A stretch of 34,002 nucleotides of DNA. It comes from Neoconidiobolus thromboides FSU 785. Its lineage: Eukaryota > Fungi > Entomophthoromycota. The position numbers and the translations under genes are program-made. The stretch lies in NCBI GenBank assembly GCA_025603075.1, contig MU626464.1, positions 1 to 34,002 on the forward strand. Reading direction: 5' to 3'. The notes beneath the pieces were generated by a model. The model had not been told where the DNA came from. It saw only the letters and a program-made list of their open reading frames with translations, and made no database searches. Shown in pieces: positions 31,382 to 34,002 of the stretch; the stretch's first letter is position 1, and every line of letters begins with the position of its first letter.

Positions 31382-32473
31382 ATGAAATCGATTCAACTTG
31401 TATTAGCTTCCCTATTTACCTTTACCTTGGCTGAAACTACTGCCAGTAATGGAGGTAAAAGATTAATTCAATTGAGTGAAAATGAGCCTGCTTTATTAAT
31501 GACAGATGAAGAAGTATTAACTAAACTCATCCAAAAAAAGAAACATTTCATGGATATCACTGACTTCAAAGATTCTAGAGCTAGTCCATGGACTCCAATT
31601 AATAAAGCTCTACCTACCACTTTTAAATATCAAACCTTTATAAAGCCTCTCTATAATAATATCAATATTGATAGAATGAAATCATTTTTAACCTCCTATT
31701 CCAACTTCAATAACAGGTATTACAGAGTACAATCCGGTGCTGATGCTTCTAATTGGTTATTGAGTCAAATTAAAGAGTCTATCACTTCTACCGGTTATAC
31801 TGGTCCAATTACTGTTGAAAACTTTAGTCACTCTTTTCTTCAAAAATCTATCATTGTACGTATCACTGGTAGTGACGCCACCCTAAAGAATGAAATCGTA
31901 GTTGTCGGTGCTCACCTTGATTCTATTAATCAATCAAATCCAACTAGTGGTAGGGCCCCTGGCGCTGATGATGATGGTTCTGGTACCACCCTTAATGTGG
32001 AATCCTTAAGAGTGTTATTGGCTGCTAACTTCCGACCAAAACGTACAGTAGAGTTTCACTTCTATGCTGGTGAAGAAGGAGGTTTATTAGGCTCTCAAGG
32101 GATAGCTCAATCGTATTCTAGTCAAAAGAAGAACGTAATCGCCATGACCCAATTTGATATGGTGGGTTATCTCTCCGCACAAAAACAAATTGCATTTGTA
32201 ACGGATTACACCAATGCTGAATTAACCAATCTTTTAAGAAAAGCAGTAACTGAATACTGCTCCTATACCTCTACCAATACACAGTGTGGCTACGCATGCT
32301 CCGATCATGCTTCTTGGAATAAGTATGGGTTCAAATCTGCTTTCCCATTCGAAGATGAAGAAAGTCCATATATTCATACCACTCAAGATACCTTAGCTAC
32401 TGTTAATTTTAACCACATCAAGGAGTTTGTTAAACTTGCTATTGCTTTTTTGGTTGAAGTAGCTGAAAAATAA
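31382..32473 (+). CDS. Secreted M28-family leucine aminopeptidase (LAP1-like, 363 aa)
   Basis: Signal-peptide-like N-terminus; VVGAHLDS, APGADDDGSG, FYAGEEGGLLGS, QFDMVGY, CGYACSDHASW, PYIHT motifs. Confidence 0.93.
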   Translation: MKSIQLVLASLFTFTLAETTASNGGKRLIQLSENEPALLMTDEEVLTKLIQKKKHFMDITDFKDSRASPWTPINKALPTTFKYQTFIKPLYNNINIDRMKSFLTSYSNFNNRYYRVQSGADASNWLLSQIKESITSTGYTGPITVENFSHSFLQKSIIVRITGSDATLKNEIVVVGAHLDSINQSNPTSGRAPGADDDGSGTTLNVESLRVLLAANFRPKRTVEFHFYAGEEGGLLGSQGIAQSYSSQKKNVIAMTQFDMVGYLSAQKQIAFVTDYTNAELTNLLRKAVTEYCSYTSTNTQCGYACSDHASWNKYGFKSAFPFEDEESPYIHTTQDTLATVNFNHIKEFVKLAIAFLVEVAEK

Positions 32474-33502
32474 AAATTGTGAATAGTTAATATTTATGTT
32501 TTTTTATAATTCTAATTGTGACGATAGATATCATAAGAATTATTTATAATGCTTTTACTCTGCTAAAATTATTGAGGGACAATCTTTTCTAAAAATAATC
32601 ATCAAAAAACATCCTTTTATTATAAAACCTGCAAGCATTTAGTAATATAAATTATTGATATAAATATTTGTTAAAATAATAATAAAGTTAATCTTTGTAT
32701 TAGAGTATTTATCAATATCTTCTAAATTTGAATTAATTTGATCTACAGTCATATTATGACAACAATATATTTTAGTTAAGTCTTTGTATATTATATTAAG
32801 CAGCATTCATATATTGAGATATTTTACTAATAATAAAAATCTGAGGGCTTATTTCTTAAGGTATACTTTATTAAGATTAAAGACAAGTAAACAATCACTC
32901 ATATTTAGATATTTTATCTGGAAATCCTATCCCATATTATTGAATTCTATAACTTAAGGTAGAAAGCAACTAATAATCATTTAAATGATACCAGCTTTAA
33001 TCTAAAGTGCTATCTTTATAATATTCATAAAAAATATATCAACAGAATAAAATGCGATTGATTATTTTGATTTTTTTTTAAATTTTAAATTTGGATCATC
33101 TTGATTGATTTGACAGAAAAATATTGACTCCATTTATTATTGTAATAAATTGAAGAACAGTAATTTAAGCAAAAAAAATAGAGTTTTGGGGAAATTAAGC
33201 AATCTTTTAATCCAATCATTTTGAAACAAATGAAATGACTAAGTTTTATTCCTTGTAATGAGAAAACCACAGTAAGCTGAGTAAAGCTGATCTGAGCTTG
33301 ATTGGCTGGATCATAGGATTTTTGTGCCAACCCTTCATTTTTGTCACACTACGCTTTGCACAGCAACTAAACTAACTAAAAATCATCATCTTTTTTAATT
33401 TCCCATAATACTTTAGGATTAAAAGCAATCCTTGAAATAACTATAAATTCCCCCTGATTTATCTTTTATTCTTGTCTTTTACTTGTAAGAGTATTATATA
33501 AA

Positions 33503-34002
33503 ATGTCTGCTACTGACGGTAAACAACATTTATCCATTGTTATCTGTGGTCACGTCGATTCCGGTAAGTCTACCACTACCGGTCGTCTTCTTTTCGAATT
33601 AGGTGGTATTCCAGAGCGTGAAATGGAAAAATTAAAGCAAGAAGCTGAACGTCTCGGTAAATCTTCCTTCGCTTTTGCTTTCTTCATGGATCGTCAAAAG
33701 GAAGAACGTGAACGTGGTGTCACCATTTCCTGCACCACCAAAGAGTTTTTCACTGATAACTGGCATTATACCATTATCGATGCTCCAGGCCATCGTGATT
33801 TCATCAAAAACATGATTTCTGGTGCCGCTCAAGCTGATGTTGCTCTTCTTATGGTCCCAGCTGATGGTAATTTCACCACTGCTATCCAAAAGGGTGACCA
33901 CAAAGCCGGAGATATCCAAGGTCAAACTAGACAACATGCCCGTTTACTCAATCTTCTCGGTGTTAAACAACTTATTGTTGGTATTAACAAGATGGATTCA
34001 GA
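33503..34002 (+). CDS. EFL: Elongation factor-like GTPase (EFL), 5' part; runs off the window
   Basis: [36 protein letters not shown]...[16 protein letters not shown]...[15 protein letters not shown]...[28 protein letters not shown]...[15 protein letters not shown] and the [12 protein letters not shown] insertion distinguish EFL from canonical EF-1alpha. Confidence 0.93.
   Translation, partial: MSATDGKQHLSIVICGHVDSGKSTTTGRLLFELGGIPEREMEKLKQEAERLGKSSFAFAFFMDRQKEERERGVTISCTTKEFFTDNWHYTIIDAPGHRDFIKNMISGAAQADVALLMVPADGNFTTAIQKGDHKAGDIQGQTRQHARLLNLLGVKQLIVGINKMDS

Noticed and set aside
33085-33330. 81-aa ORF divergent from EFL
   Set aside because: Non-ATG start inside the probable EFL promoter; no motifs.

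Overview
This is AT-rich eukaryotic DNA, most likely from an early-diverging fungus of the Entomophthoromycotina type. That assignment is inferred from an EFL-type elongation factor, 45-61 nt spliceosomal introns and secreted hydrolases. The left 21 kb is gene-sparse. It holds a class 3 lipase broken by one in-frame TGA at a conserved Cys and a dispersed cluster of four intronless paralogues. Each paralogue has a pogo/CENP-B-type double HTH domain, no DDE transposase domain, and an aromatic/Ser/Pro-rich tail. Decayed retroelement relics and a Hmp1/CsbD-like pseudogene lie among them. Twelve ~85-108 bp MITE-like elements (two internal types, GGGGATGT-like termini, 4-bp AWWT target duplications) are scattered across the window, and all those I found fall into six close pairs. 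The right part has a secreted 5'-nucleotidase with a Ser/Thr tail, tRNA-Leu(AAG), a compact intron-rich block (acidic hypothetical protein, G-patch protein, USE1 SNARE), an M28 leucine aminopeptidase and the 5' part of EFL. The strongest novelty candidates are the transposase-derived HTH gene cluster and the paired MITE system. All calls were made by eye, without database searches.
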